64,000 bases of DNA from Candidatus Cloacimonadota bacterium (GTDB lineage: Bacteria > Cloacimonadota > Cloacimonadia > JGIOTU-2). The DNA is taken from NCBI GenBank assembly GCA_049903315.1, contig JBNGBT010000005.1:32001-96000 (forward strand), written 5' to 3'. The notes under the pieces were generated by a model, which worked only from the letters and a program-made list of their open reading frames with translations, was not told where the DNA came from and made no database searches. Below, piece by piece: positions 28,102 to 39,439 of the stretch. Made by a program: the position numbers and the translations under genes. How positions within the stretch are numbered: the stretch's first letter is position 1; every line of letters starts with the position of its first letter.

Positions 28102-30285
28102 ATGAAGAAATTTATTCTTATAATTTTACTTTTTACGATTCCATGTTTATTACATGCCCAGAGTATTATCGACTTGGTTACACCAAACGTAGCTTTTCCA
28201 GGTCAGAATTTCGAAGTTAATATCATCGTACCAGAAGATTTTATTGTGTATGGACAGGATATCTGGTGCTGGATTGAAGCAAGTACAATGAATTGTGATT
28301 GTACATCTATTAATTCTCCCGAGCAGCGGGTTGTAGTTGCAGATTTTGCCTTGCCATATTTTTTCCCAGAAGAGGAATGTGAAATAATCGTATATTCTGA
28401 TGAAAAACCAGATGCTAGCATAACCTTTTACGTTGTTCCTCAATATGAATGCCCTTCAATATTGTTTATAGAACCGGACCATGCTATTCAAGGCGAAACA
28501 GTTGACCTTACAATTTCTACACAAAATGCACAATCTGACGATCCTAATGTGAAATTGATACATGGAACTGACGTGATTGAAGCAACCTCTGTACAACAAA
28601 CTGGACCTGATGAATTTGAGGCAACAGTTGATATTCCTGATGATATTACACCTGCAGACTGGCTGGTAGTTCTCTCTAATTTGTCCGGGTCTGGAGGTGA
28701 GGAATGGAATGTAAATAATGAAGTCGCAGTATATTCAAGTGCAACAGGAGATTTAACCGGGGAAGTATTTAAGGCAGGATCAAGTAATCCGATTGAAGGT
28801 GCCACAGTGACTTGTACATATAAGTCAACACAAACAAATTCATCTGGTTCATACAGTATTAATGATGTGCCAATCGGCGAGCATCAAATTAGTTGTATGG
28901 CGTGGGGGTATGATGGATACGTTGATTTTGTGACAATTATATTGGATGATGTAACTTCATATGATTTTAACCTCAATTGGGGGACCTGTGATCCAGATCC
29001 AGCAATAATTTATAAACATGTTCCACCTGATGGGTATGAAACCGGATATATATTTTGTAATAATACAGGGACAAGAGATGTTAATTATTCAGCCCAATGT
29101 GTCTTTGATGAAGATGAGGGTAAGAATTTCGGCGACCTTCTTTTCAGCTTTGATGCAACAGCGACTACAGGATCAACGAAACTATTTGGTATAAATACCG
29201 ATGGTTCATATTTTTATCTGGCTGATTATGATATATCTGAATTTTATAAGTTAGATTTTGATGGAACATTAATAAATTCATTTTCAATCCCTGGCGTGTC
29301 TGAAATTCGAGGGCTTGCATACGATGGAACATATTTCTATGGAGGAAAAAGAGAGATGTATTTTTGGGAAATGGATTTCGACACACAATCTCTGATCAGT
29401 ACAACCAATACCTTGATGCAAATAAGAGCAATGACCTATGATCCGGTAAATGATGGTTTCTGGGTGAATAATGTTACAACTGATCTGCGATTAATTAACA
29501 GGATTGGAATGCAGCAAGACATCATTCCTTCTCCAGGGTATATGATGGGAGTCGCTTATGACGGATTCTCTGATGGTGGTCCATATTTGTGGTGCTTCAG
29601 AGGTGTAAATGGTCCAGTTCAGGATTGTTGGATAGAGCAAATAGATATTGCAACAGGGACACCTACAGGTGTTGAAATACAGGTCAATGATGATCTTGGA
29701 GATGGCTATGCGAGTGGATTATTCTGTAGCGATCAGATCATTCCAGGAAAGGTTGTGCTTGGTGGTATTATTTCGCAGGCTACAAAGGATGTTGTATTCG
29801 GGTACGAGATAAAATCTGATGATTGGGCTATGATCACAGAAAATGCAACAGGAACTATTCCCGCTGGAGGTTCGATTGGCATGACAATCGAACTCAATGC
29901 AACAGGCATGGAAGTGGGTGAAGAGCACCATTGTGATATAGTAATTGAACATGATGGAAGCGACAGCACTGATGTAATTGTCCCTATAACGATGATCGTG
30001 AGTTATGATGTTGATGATCCCCCAACCTCACAAACGTTATGCGCACAACATTGTCCAAATCCTGCTGCAAGTTCTGTTGAAATTAGCTATTTTGTGCCCC
30101 ACATGCATGAGGGAGAAGAAATCCCGATATGTATCTACAATATTCGAGGACAACTCATCGATTCTGTTCAAGGAAGAGATGGACGTGCAATCTGGAATAC
30201 AAAGCACATCACTTCGGGTATTTACTTCTACAAAATTGAAAAAGAAAATATTGAATTAGTAAGAAAGATGCTCATCATTAAATAA
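28102..30285 (+). CDS. Secreted multidomain protein (Ig-like, carboxypeptidase-regulatory-like, beta-propeller, T9SS-like C-terminal domain)
   Basis: Signal peptide; PIEGATV...TNSSGSY; GLAYDG repeats; PNP...IYNIRGQL...SGIYFYK. Confidence 0.75.
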   Translation: MKKFILIILLFTIPCLLHAQSIIDLVTPNVAFPGQNFEVNIIVPEDFIVYGQDIWCWIEASTMNCDCTSINSPEQRVVVADFALPYFFPEEECEIIVYSDEKPDASITFYVVPQYECPSILFIEPDHAIQGETVDLTISTQNAQSDDPNVKLIHGTDVIEATSVQQTGPDEFEATVDIPDDITPADWLVVLSNLSGSGGEEWNVNNEVAVYSSATGDLTGEVFKAGSSNPIEGATVTCTYKSTQTNSSGSYSINDVPIGEHQISCMAWGYDGYVDFVTIILDDVTSYDFNLNWGTCDPDPAIIYKHVPPDGYETGYIFCNNTGTRDVNYSAQCVFDEDEGKNFGDLLFSFDATATTGSTKLFGINTDGSYFYLADYDISEFYKLDFDGTLINSFSIPGVSEIRGLAYDGTYFYGGKREMYFWEMDFDTQSLISTTNTLMQIRAMTYDPVNDGFWVNNVTTDLRLINRIGMQQDIIPSPGYMMGVAYDGFSDGGPYLWCFRGVNGPVQDCWIEQIDIATGTPTGVEIQVNDDLGDGYASGLFCSDQIIPGKVVLGGIISQATKDVVFGYEIKSDDWAMITENATGTIPAGGSIGMTIELNATGMEVGEEHHCDIVIEHDGSDSTDVIVPITMIVSYDVDDPPTSQTLCAQHCPNPAASSVEISYFVPHMHEGEEIPICIYNIRGQLIDSVQGRDGRAIWNTKHITSGIYFYKIEKENIELVRKMLIIK

Positions 30286-30457
30286 GGCATTTTTATAATA
30301 GTATAAAAATAATTGAGAGAGGGAATTATGAGTAAATGTTGTTTGTTGAGAATTATAACATATTCTTCTACAATCCGATAAAAATTTCGGAAATATTTTA
30401 AACCATTTTACTCGATAACCATCATATGAAGAAAGCAAAATTTCTCAAGGAGAATCA

Positions 30458-31291
30458 ATGAAAAATATCCTTCAAATCACAGTTATACTCATGATGGTTT
30501 TTAGCTTTTCTTCCTGTCAAAGTCAGGAACTTACGAGTATTTATATTTCGTCAGAACGAGTTGTAGATGGGTATGTAGATGAGTGGCAAGACAATGATAT
30601 GACGTTTCTTGAAAAACAGGATGTGTTGGTTGGCGCGGTTAATGATGACGAGTATCTTTATATTAGTTTCTATTCAACTTCACGAGAGCGGGCAATGCAG
30701 CTTATGCAGTCTGGTTTTACGATATGGCTGAATGCAAAAGGAAAGAAAAAGGATTTTGGAATACACTACCCAATCAGAAATATCGAGGGTATGGCGATGC
30801 AAAAATCTGACAGAGGTTTTGACAAGCAGCCCAGAGAAGAAAAATCTTCAACGGATAATGCCAAACCCGATTTCATGGAAAAGGTGGATAAGAATCTTGT
30901 GATCATCGATGGGAAAGATGAGAAAGAATACAAGAGAGAGTATCTGCAAGATATTGAGGTGGCATATACCTTCAATAGAGAAATGTTTATTTACGAATTA
31001 AAAATACCTCTTATTGCAGAGGAGCATAAATATTCTGTTGAACCGACTGATAAAAAAGTGATATATGTATGCTTTGAAACCGATGAAGTTGAAAGACCTC
31101 AAAGACCCTCAGGTGGTCGCGGTCCGGGACAGGGTGGACCTCCTTCAGGTGGAATGGATGATAGACCACAAGGCGGACCCGGCAGCGGACATGAGAATCC
31201 CATGGGCGGTGAAATCCAGGAAATGCCCTCACAGTTTGAAATATGGATGAAAATTCAGTTGGGAACATCAACTGAGTTAGAGAATGAATAA
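30458..31291 (+). CDS. Hypothetical lipoprotein with Gly/Pro-rich segment
   Basis: Lipobox FSSC; VDG-VDEW; first gene of exporter operon. Confidence 0.65.
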   Translation: MKNILQITVILMMVFSFSSCQSQELTSIYISSERVVDGYVDEWQDNDMTFLEKQDVLVGAVNDDEYLYISFYSTSRERAMQLMQSGFTIWLNAKGKKKDFGIHYPIRNIEGMAMQKSDRGFDKQPREEKSSTDNAKPDFMEKVDKNLVIIDGKDEKEYKREYLQDIEVAYTFNREMFIYELKIPLIAEEHKYSVEPTDKKVIYVCFETDEVERPQRPSGGRGPGQGGPPSGGMDDRPQGGPGSGHENPMGGEIQEMPSQFEIWMKIQLGTSTELENE

Positions 31292-31321
31292 ATAATTGAA
31301 TGACACAATTTTGGAGATAAA

Positions 31322-32584
31322 ATGAAAAAGATAATAATAATCATACTCATAATAGTAGCTCTCGCTGTCGGTGCATATTTTCTCTTGTTTATAAATGCAT
31401 CGAATGGCGATGTAATCTTTCAATACGCATCCCTGGAAAAGGGTAATATTGAAGAACTGGTTTCCTGCACAGGTACTCTCGAATTTCTGGGAGCTGTCGA
31501 GGTAGGCACAGAGCTCTCCGGCACGGTCACTGAGGTACTCGTTGATTATAATGATGATGTTAAGGAAGATCAAATATTGGCAGTACTCGACACGACTAAG
31601 ATCGTGTATGAAGTGCGAAATGCACAAGCAGCGTTTGCAAATTCTGAAGCTCAATATAAGCTTGCGAAAAGAAAATATGAGGATGACAAAAAGCTCTTTG
31701 AGCAGAATTATATTTCCGATCTGGATTTATTAACTTCCGAAACGAGTTATAAACAAGCGTATGCATCCTATGTATCAGCAGAAATAAATCTGGAAAAAGC
31801 TCAAACCAATTTGAATAAATATTCCATCATTCGCTCGCCAATAAACGGCAAAGTGATCGACAGATCTGTGGAAGAGGGACAAACTGTTGCAGCAAGTTTA
31901 TCAGCACCTGTCCTCTTCACAATTGCAGAAGATCTTTCCCGGATGGAGATTCATGCACTTGTCGATGAAAGTGATATTGGGCTTATTGATGAGGGACAGA
32001 AAGTGAAATTTACTGTTGCATCGTATACGGATCAAGAGTTTGTCGGAGTTGTTCGGCAGATACGGCTTCAGCCAAAAGTAATTTCAAATGTCGTGAATTA
32101 CACTGTGATAATCTCAACATCGAATGATCAAGAACTTCTTTTACCCGGAGTGACAGCAACGATAGATATTGTCACAGAGTCCGTCGAGGATGTATATTAT
32201 CTTCCTAATACTGCGCTGAATTATACCCCTCCAACGAAAGTGCTCGAGGATTTGATGAATAAGAGAAAGCAGCATCCTTCTCAAGGAAAAGAGAGCAGTT
32301 CACAACGCCCTCAGCAGTTTGGCAGAACAAAACCAAGCGCAGAAATGTTGGAAAAAATGGCAATCGTATGGTTTGAAAATGAAGATGGGGAGATCATGAT
32401 GACTCCTGTCGAGAAGGGCTTTAGTGATGGTATCAACACAGAGCTCACTCAGATCGGCAAGTTGACTTCAGATAGTAAGATAATCATCGGAGATAATGAT
32501 AAAACGAAATCATCCTCAACTACATCAACAACAGGAAATCAGCAGCGCGGTCCGGGCGGACCTCCAATGCGCGGACTATTCTAA
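31322..32584 (+). CDS. MacA-like membrane fusion protein
   Basis: N-terminal TM, VGTELSG, IRSPING, GQTVAAS, VDESDIG. Confidence 0.9.
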   Translation: MKKIIIIILIIVALAVGAYFLLFINASNGDVIFQYASLEKGNIEELVSCTGTLEFLGAVEVGTELSGTVTEVLVDYNDDVKEDQILAVLDTTKIVYEVRNAQAAFANSEAQYKLAKRKYEDDKKLFEQNYISDLDLLTSETSYKQAYASYVSAEINLEKAQTNLNKYSIIRSPINGKVIDRSVEEGQTVAASLSAPVLFTIAEDLSRMEIHALVDESDIGLIDEGQKVKFTVASYTDQEFVGVVRQIRLQPKVISNVVNYTVIISTSNDQELLLPGVTATIDIVTESVEDVYYLPNTALNYTPPTKVLEDLMNKRKQHPSQGKESSSQRPQQFGRTKPSAEMLEKMAIVWFENEDGEIMMTPVEKGFSDGINTELTQIGKLTSDSKIIIGDNDKTKSSSTTSTTGNQQRGPGGPPMRGLF

Positions 32585-32593
32585 AGGTGCAAA

Positions 32594-33340
32594 ATGACAA
32601 AAGTAATTCAAATTAAAGACCTGGTGAAGCATTATTACGTTGGTGATATTGTTGTGCCTGCAATTCAGCATATCGATATGGAGATCGGGCAAGGAGAATT
32701 TATCTCAATAATGGGAGCGTCCGGTTCCGGCAAATCAACTTTGATGAACATAATCGGCTGCCTTGATGAACCGACACAAGGGCAGTATTTCCTTGATGGA
32801 GAAGATGTAGCAAAGATGACAAAGAACCAGTATGCGGATGTGCGGAATAGGAAGATCGGTTTTGTATTCCAGAATTTCAACTTGTTGCCACGAACTACTG
32901 CGCTTGAAAATGTTGAGCTGCCAATTTTGTATGATCGTTCAGGGACAAATAAAAACAGCAAAGCGCTTGCAAAAGAAGCTCTTATTCAAGTCGGCCTTGG
33001 TGACAGAATGGATCATGTGCCAAACCAACTTTCCGGTGGACAAAAACAGCGTGTTGCTCTTGCCCGAGCGCTTGTGAACAGCCCATCGATTCTCCTTGCT
33101 GATGAACCCACCGGTAATCTTGATTCACGAACATCGATCGATATAATGAAACTCCTTCAAGAACTGAACAATAAGGGAATCACTATATTGGTTGTAACTC
33201 ATGAACATGACATTGCATCTTATACGGGCAGAACGATATTTCTTCGTGACGGCAGAATAATCAAGGACAAAGCACAAACGGCGAAACCAGCAGTTCTTTT
33301 ACCAGAGCATGCAGATCATCTTGATGAGGAGGTTGTATGA
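32594..33340 (+). CDS. MacB/LolD-like ABC ATPase
   Basis: [27 protein letters not shown]. Confidence 0.93.
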   Translation: MTKVIQIKDLVKHYYVGDIVVPAIQHIDMEIGQGEFISIMGASGSGKSTLMNIIGCLDEPTQGQYFLDGEDVAKMTKNQYADVRNRKIGFVFQNFNLLPRTTALENVELPILYDRSGTNKNSKALAKEALIQVGLGDRMDHVPNQLSGGQKQRVALARALVNSPSILLADEPTGNLDSRTSIDIMKLLQELNNKGITILVVTHEHDIASYTGRTIFLRDGRIIKDKAQTAKPAVLLPEHADHLDEEVV

Positions 33341-34563
33341 AGCTCGTGCGTATAGAAAAAGTTGCATTGTCGAGCATATTCAGGAATCGGTCGAGGAGCC
33401 TACTCACATCCCTCGGAATTATCATTGGTGTGTGCTCTGTGATCGTTATGGTCGCAATCGGTGAGGGTTCTCAGAAAAAGATCGAAACCGATATCTCAAG
33501 TATGGGAACCAACTTACTTATGATCCGTCCCGGAAGCAGCTCGTATCAGGGTGTTCGCGGGGGTGCAGGAAGCGGGTCAAGTCTTACTATGGATGACTGT
33601 GAAACCCTACGGGAGCAGGCAACATTGATACAGGCAGTCTCACCAAGTGTCAGCACCAATGCTCAGATAATTGGCGGTTCGGGAAACTGGAATTGTAAAG
33701 TTGAAGGTGTATCTCCGGAATTCCTGGATATCAGAAATTATGAGATTGAAAAAGGAACGATGTTCACGGAGAAGGATATTGCTTCCCGAAAAAAGGTAGC
33801 AGTCATTGGTAAAACAATTGAAGAGGAATTATTTCCGACCGGAAACGCAGTTGGGCAGAAACTCAGGATAAATAATACTCCTTTCACTATCATAGGTGTG
33901 CTTGCAGAAAAGGGAAATAATTCGATGGGGATGGATCAGGACGATTTCGTACTCGCGCCCTCAATGACGGTTCTTTATAGGCTAAAAGGCGGCAAGTACG
34001 GCTCTTACGTGAATATGATATATGTCAGTGCAGTTTCTGATGATGTGATTGATGAAGCTGAAGCAGAACTTACCACAATTTTACTAAGAGCCCATAAAAT
34101 TGATGTCGCAGATGACGCTGATTTTACCATTCGCAGTCAATCCGAGATAACTGATTTTGCTACTTCAACAGCATCGACACTCACATTACTTCTTGGAGCA
34201 ATTGCTGGAGTTTCGCTCATTGTTGGTGGTATCGGTATTATGAATATTATGCTTGTTTCTGTGACAGAAAGAACACGAGAAATCGGCATCAGATTGTCTG
34301 TTGGAGCACGAACAAAAGATGTCCTTCTTCAGTTTCTTGCAGAAGCAATCACCCTCAGTCTGATTGGGGGCATACTCGGTCTTTTCTTTGCATCGATCAT
34401 TACAATGATCCTTTCAAAACTCACTTCATTAACTCCTATGATAAATCCTGCCATTGCATTTATTGCTTTCATATTCTCGGGAGCAGTTGGTATATTTTTT
34501 GGATACTATCCTGCAAAAAAGGCTTCGGAGCTCAATCCAATAGATGCACTTCATTATGAGTAG
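33337..34563 (+). CDS. MacB-like ABC permease
   Basis: RSLLTSLGIIIG, GGIGIMNIMLVSVTERTREIG. Confidence 0.93.
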   Translation: MKLVRIEKVALSSIFRNRSRSLLTSLGIIIGVCSVIVMVAIGEGSQKKIETDISSMGTNLLMIRPGSSSYQGVRGGAGSGSSLTMDDCETLREQATLIQAVSPSVSTNAQIIGGSGNWNCKVEGVSPEFLDIRNYEIEKGTMFTEKDIASRKKVAVIGKTIEEELFPTGNAVGQKLRINNTPFTIIGVLAEKGNNSMGMDQDDFVLAPSMTVLYRLKGGKYGSYVNMIYVSAVSDDVIDEAEAELTTILLRAHKIDVADDADFTIRSQSEITDFATSTASTLTLLLGAIAGVSLIVGGIGIMNIMLVSVTERTREIGIRLSVGARTKDVLLQFLAEAITLSLIGGILGLFFASIITMILSKLTSLTPMINPAIAFIAFIFSGAVGIFFGYYPAKKASELNPIDALHYE

Positions 34564-34677
34564 GTATGAAATCCTGTATTTGAAAAAAACGTAAACGAAC
34601 ATAAATTTTGACACATTTTAACATAGGAGAAATTCTATCCAGATGAAATTAAGGAAAACATTTGTACAGGAGACTTC

Positions 34678-35934
34678 ATGATAAACCATTTTAAAATAAT
34701 TAAAGAACTGGATTTTGTACGGCTTGCAGGTAGTGAAGGTGAGAAGCGCGCAAGGGAAATAATATCATCCTATTGTGAAGAAGTTGGTTTTGAGCCAAAA
34801 ACTGAATCCTTTGATCTCATCTCATTTGAACCAGGTACCGCAAAGATAAAAACTGATACCAAAACCTTTGAAGCTGTTCCATTCGGACTCAATGAAAGCG
34901 CAGAGCTTGATGGAGAATTGATCTTTCTCGAAAATAAGGATGTGATCGCATATAATAAAAACGCATTCAAAGACAAAATTGTGATTTCCATGGGGTATAC
35001 AAGAAAACTTGGTCCCGATCTGAAAAAGAGCGGCATCAAAGCATATATTGTAATCAGTAGACCGGAAAGGGAAGCACTCAGTTTATCTCACAGGCAAAAG
35101 CTGCATAAAGAAGGTTATGTGCCGATGGTAACTGTATCCTATAATGATGGGATGAAGCTCGCAAAGAAATCAGGCACACCTATTTCACTCTCAATTTCTC
35201 AGAAAGTACAAAAAAAGAAAGCACATAATATTATCGTTGATATTCCAGGAAAAAATAAAAAAGATGAGAATCTCACTCTTGCTGTTGGTCATTATGATAC
35301 AGTATCACGAAGTCCCGGTGCATCTGATAATGCAGGAGGAACAATCTCATTGATCAAAGCATTAGAATATTTCTCCAAACATAAGCCTGCACGTGATCTG
35401 CGAGTTATATTTTTCTCGGGTGAAGAACTGGGACTGCTCGGAAGTCAGCACTATGTGAAAACTCATTTAGAAGAAATTAAAGACAGAGTCGGACTTGTTC
35501 TCAACCTGGATGTTTCTGGCGATCCGATCGGTTCAGATGGTATGATGGTTGTTGGTACGAATGAACTTCTTGGCTATTGCGATGGTCTCATGAAAGAAGT
35601 CGGCATCTTGTATGAAGCAAAGCTCGATATTTACAGCAGCGATAACATGCCCTTCTCGGTTTATGAAATTCCCTCAGTGAACATTGCCCGTTTTGGAGGT
35701 AAGGCATCATTTCATATTCACACGCCCGGAGATAATGCAAAGAATGTTTCTGCAAAAGGATATAAAAATACGATAACAACAGCGATTGTGCTCTTACAAC
35801 ATATTTTGAATGCTGATATCTATCCTGTTAAAAAGGAGATCGATGCTTCGTTGCGAGACAAAATTGAAAAGTATATCTGGAATCTGAATTACGATAAACC
35901 CGAACTTGAATGGGAACCGAAATATAAGAGATAA
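34678..35934 (+). CDS. M28-family peptidase with PA-like insert
   Basis: R-AGSEGE, GHYDTV, GASDNAGG, GEELGLLGS, NLD, HTPGD. Confidence 0.88.
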   Translation: MINHFKIIKELDFVRLAGSEGEKRAREIISSYCEEVGFEPKTESFDLISFEPGTAKIKTDTKTFEAVPFGLNESAELDGELIFLENKDVIAYNKNAFKDKIVISMGYTRKLGPDLKKSGIKAYIVISRPEREALSLSHRQKLHKEGYVPMVTVSYNDGMKLAKKSGTPISLSISQKVQKKKAHNIIVDIPGKNKKDENLTLAVGHYDTVSRSPGASDNAGGTISLIKALEYFSKHKPARDLRVIFFSGEELGLLGSQHYVKTHLEEIKDRVGLVLNLDVSGDPIGSDGMMVVGTNELLGYCDGLMKEVGILYEAKLDIYSSDNMPFSVYEIPSVNIARFGGKASFHIHTPGDNAKNVSAKGYKNTITTAIVLLQHILNADIYPVKKEIDASLRDKIEKYIWNLNYDKPELEWEPKYKR

Positions 35935-35941
35935 AACAAGA

Positions 35942-37624
35942 TTATAACTGGTAAATATAGAATCTGTAGTAATAATTCGGATTATTACTTACGAACTTGA
36001 ACTTCAAACCAATATCTTCTGCATTCTTGATTTTTGCAGTTGAGAAGAGATACTTTACATCAAAGGTTCGCAATTCTGAGAGATCAAGCTTACAATAAAT
36101 GTCATTAATATTTTTCCTCATATAATCCTGGTCATAGTAATTCTTACCTATTTCATCATCAAATAAAAATAATGCCGAACCGTGATGTATGAAATAATCT
36201 GAGAGCATTTCGGATGATTCAAGTTCATCCTTGATTATCTTATAAAATATTTCTTTGAATTCGATAGGATAATAGGCACTAAAAGAACCGACTGTCTGAA
36301 AACCATTATAATTAGCAACCGCAGGGAAAAAACCAATACATCCAATGCGATATTCTGCGTTACATTCATCAAGTTGAAGTTTGATTTCATCAAATTGTTG
36401 CTCGGACATAAATTCTTTGAATGTTGGATGTCCACTGTAAGCTGTTATTGTTGAATATGAAAAATTTATGATTATTTGTGCGATGAGTAGGGTGGAGATA
36501 ACGACAAGTACCACTCTCTTTTTTGGCAAGATCTCGTATACTCCTTTGATGCAAAAAGCCCAGAGAATATACCAGAGTAATGTCATGAAAACGTAAATCC
36601 TGCTAAAATTGAATCCAATATTTAATGAGTCATAGAATAAAGAAAAGGGACGAAAAAAGTATATTCCATAAATAAAAAGTAGCATGAACTGCAGAGCCCA
36701 TAATTCGAGAATAGTTTTTTTCTGTCGTTTCTTACCGATTCTCAATAGTATGATCGAGAGGATAACACAGGTCGGCAGGATGAGATAGGAATGAAATAAA
36801 TGAGAGAGTTTGGAAGAATTGAAGAAGAGAAAGAACATGTTTTTTAAAGAATCAATGCAATTATATTTTTCCATTACCTGTGCAGCTCTATTTGTAGGGA
36901 TTTTCAAAATGAAGAAATTGTAGAAAACAGGAAAATGTGTTAATACTGCAAGCAGAAGGAAAAGAAGGGATGCGAGTAAGAAGTGAAGCCGCAGTTTCCT
37001 TTTTATCAGAAAATATATATTGAAAATTATAAGTAGGATGAAAATGTAAATCCCAGCAAAGAAGAAGTTCGAATAAAATGAGTAGACAACGATTATAAGG
37101 TATGAAAGTGTGATATAACGATTTTGATAGATATTGATGAAACCCAAAATAAGAAGGGGAATGCCGGCTATTGATAGATTTCCCTGAGGCCAGAATGGCA
37201 AAGAAATCCAGGCAAACGAAAAAAGAACCGGAACATATTCTGGAAAATTCTTCTTAAAAATGAACGTTTTGAGAAGTAAAAACATTCCAATAAACGAAAG
37301 AACACGATAGAAGAATTCATTGAGTACAAATCCCCAGAAATAATCGAAGGAGAAAAATAATTTATCCAACTTGAGATGGGAGAGATGAAAGATATTGTGT
37401 GTGGTAGGGAGAGTAAATTCCTGTATTCCTTGTCCGGGAATAAAAGATGCGCAGAACTTACCGTCAAAAATTCCCTGCATATTCAACTGGTTAAGATTGT
37501 CATGAATCGGTATATACACATTTTTTCCTCGAAAGATATATGGTGAAAAATACAAGGCAAAGAGAATTATTACGAGAATGGTAATGAAAATTATTGTCTC
37601 TAAGAAATTCTTCCGGCTGCTCAT
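35942..37624 (-). CDS. DUF6044-like polytopic membrane protein (putative GT-C-type transferase)
   Basis: IHDNL after first TM, many TM helices, PAVANYNGF, YP--FK--F-KII--EL. Confidence 0.7.
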   Translation of the reverse strand: MSSRKNFLETIIFITILVIILFALYFSPYIFRGKNVYIPIHDNLNQLNMQGIFDGKFCASFIPGQGIQEFTLPTTHNIFHLSHLKLDKLFFSFDYFWGFVLNEFFYRVLSFIGMFLLLKTFIFKKNFPEYVPVLFSFAWISLPFWPQGNLSIAGIPLLILGFINIYQNRYITLSYLIIVVYSFYSNFFFAGIYIFILLIIFNIYFLIKRKLRLHFLLASLLFLLLAVLTHFPVFYNFFILKIPTNRAAQVMEKYNCIDSLKNMFFLFFNSSKLSHLFHSYLILPTCVILSIILLRIGKKRQKKTILELWALQFMLLFIYGIYFFRPFSLFYDSLNIGFNFSRIYVFMTLLWYILWAFCIKGVYEILPKKRVVLVVISTLLIAQIIINFSYSTITAYSGHPTFKEFMSEQQFDEIKLQLDECNAEYRIGCIGFFPAVANYNGFQTVGSFSAYYPIEFKEIFYKIIKDELESSEMLSDYFIHHGSALFLFDDEIGKNYYDQDYMRKNINDIYCKLDLSELRTFDVKYLFSTAKIKNAEDIGLKFKFVSNNPNYYYRFYIYQL

Positions 37625-37628
37625 AATT

Positions 37629-38750
37629 TTATGTTAAGAATTGCCGTATATGATGAACAATTTCAGTAATATCATCAGGATTTAAACCGAAAAAAAGAGG
37701 AAGCCGGAGAATGGCTTTGCTGACCATGTCCGTAACCGGAAGTTTTGTGTTAGCGTATTTCCCTTGCCAGAATGGAGCAGAATGTAGTGGTATATAATGA
37801 AAAACTGACTGGATTCCTTGCTTTTCTAGGTATTCTATCAAGAGTTTTCTTTCTTTTGAGTTTGATAACATAATGTAGAAAATATGTGCATTCGATTGTA
37901 TATGTGAAGAGGTGGGTGGAAGAGATTCAGATGGTAAGAACCGCGAGAGCAGTTCATAATATAAATTCCATATATTAAAGCGTTGATGAGTAATTTCTGT
38001 AAGATGCAGCAACTGAGTGTATAAAAAAGCTGCCTGAAGTTCCGACATGAGAAAATTTGAGCTGCTCGATATCCATGTATAATGGTCTGACTCACCCTTT
38101 TGAAATTCTTCACGATTTGTTCCTTTGTTATAAAGGAAAGTAGCTTCTTCTAGCAAATCGTGATCATTTATCAGGAGTGCTCCGCCTTCACCACATTGGA
38201 TATTTTTGGTCTCATGAAAGCTCATAACTGCCAGATCGCCAAAACTGCCTAAAGATTGTTCATTATATTTAGCACCGATTCCCATAGCAGCATCTTCGAT
38301 TAAAATGACATTATGCTTTTTACAGATTTCGGTAATTTTGTCCATCTCACAAGCGAAACCGCCATAATGGACTATGACAATTGCCTTTGTTTTACGAGTG
38401 ATCAGTCTCTCAAGTTGATTTTCATCTATATTCTTTGTGTCTTCTCGAATATCGCACCAGACCAAATTAGCTCCATTCCGTACAAATGGATTTGCAGATG
38501 CAATATGAGTAAATGACGGCATGATTATTTCATCGTCGGGTTGAATATTAAGGAGTAGAGCACACATCTCCAGCGCTGCGGTACAGGAGGAGGTCATGAA
38601 GACACTTTTTGATGTAGTGATTTTTTCTAATTGTGTTGCACATTTGCTGCAGAATTCACCCATCCCGGAAAATTTCTGATCTGAGATTACTTTTTCCAAA
38701 TATTTCTGCTCATCTCCCCATACACACGGTATATTAAATGGAATTCTCAA
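37629..38750 (-). CDS. rffA: dTDP-4-amino-4,6-dideoxygalactose transaminase (WecE/RffA-like)
   Basis: IPFNIP, TSSCTAALEM, SFHETKNIQCGEGG, KGTNR, FHYIPLH; TTG start inferred. Confidence 0.88.
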   Translation of the reverse strand: MRIPFNIPCVWGDEQKYLEKVISDQKFSGMGEFCSKCATQLEKITTSKSVFMTSSCTAALEMCALLLNIQPDDEIIMPSFTHIASANPFVRNGANLVWCDIREDTKNIDENQLERLITRKTKAIVIVHYGGFACEMDKITEICKKHNVILIEDAAMGIGAKYNEQSLGSFGDLAVMSFHETKNIQCGEGGALLINDHDLLEEATFLYNKGTNREEFQKGESDHYTWISSSSNFLMSELQAAFLYTQLLHLTEITHQRFNIWNLYYELLSRFLPSESLPPTSSHIQSNAHIFYIMLSNSKERKLLIEYLEKQGIQSVFHYIPLHSAPFWQGKYANTKLPVTDMVSKAILRLPLFFGLNPDDITEIVHHIRQFLT

Positions 38751-39439
38751 TATCTTTTCTCTCCCCAGATATACTTGTATGATTGAGAGCCAGCACAAAA
38801 GAGTAAATCAAGAACCGAGACATTGTGTGAGAATATTCCCCACCGCTGATCATAGATTGGATAGTGTGAGTAATCCATATACTCGAGGGTGATGCAGTTT
38901 TCCTCGAATAATTCTGGTCTTATATATGCCTGAGCTGAAGGACCTGTGAGATAATGAGTGCCGCCAAGTTGTTTCACTATCGAAATGATTTTTTCGTTTT
39001 TGCCTTTAATAAGTTCAAGATCCGTGGATTGTAGGAATGTGGTCTCAATATTCAACACATTACATATTTCTTTGATTAAAGTTTGATTGAGCGCACTCAA
39101 TAGCTTCCAGTTCTGTAGAAGAATATTTTTAAAGAAAAGAAAATACTCATCAAAGAATGTGCATTCCGAGTAATTTCTCTGCAATGCCTTGAGATGCTTT
39201 TGTTGCCAGGACTGTGAATTATTGATCTCCACTTCATTGATCGGCATAGATTGGGTGCCGTTTGTGGGCACAGTAAGCCAGAGTAAGCCCTGTGGTGTTT
39301 TTATTTGATTTCGATTTCTCCAATTTCGTACTGTGTATTGTGTGGAATCGAGGAACACAAAGCAATCCACTTTTTGGATAATATGAAAATATCCTTTCCA
39401 CGGAATGTAATTTGACTGGAGAATTGCCACTTTTTTCAT
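38747..39439 (-). CDS. WbqC-like protein
   Basis: AILQSNYIPWKGYF, WRNRNQIK, WLTVP, YLTGP, SVLDLLF. Confidence 0.9.
   Translation of the reverse strand: MKKVAILQSNYIPWKGYFHIIQKVDCFVFLDSTQYTVRNWRNRNQIKTPQGLLWLTVPTNGTQSMPINEVEINNSQSWQQKHLKALQRNYSECTFFDEYFLFFKNILLQNWKLLSALNQTLIKEICNVLNIETTFLQSTDLELIKGKNEKIISIVKQLGGTHYLTGPSAQAYIRPELFEENCITLEYMDYSHYPIYDQRWGIFSHNVSVLDLLFCAGSQSYKYIWGEKRY

Noticed and set aside
31100..31210. GC-rich repetitive stretch
   Set aside because: It encodes a Gly/Pro-rich low-complexity linker and is not a DNA element.
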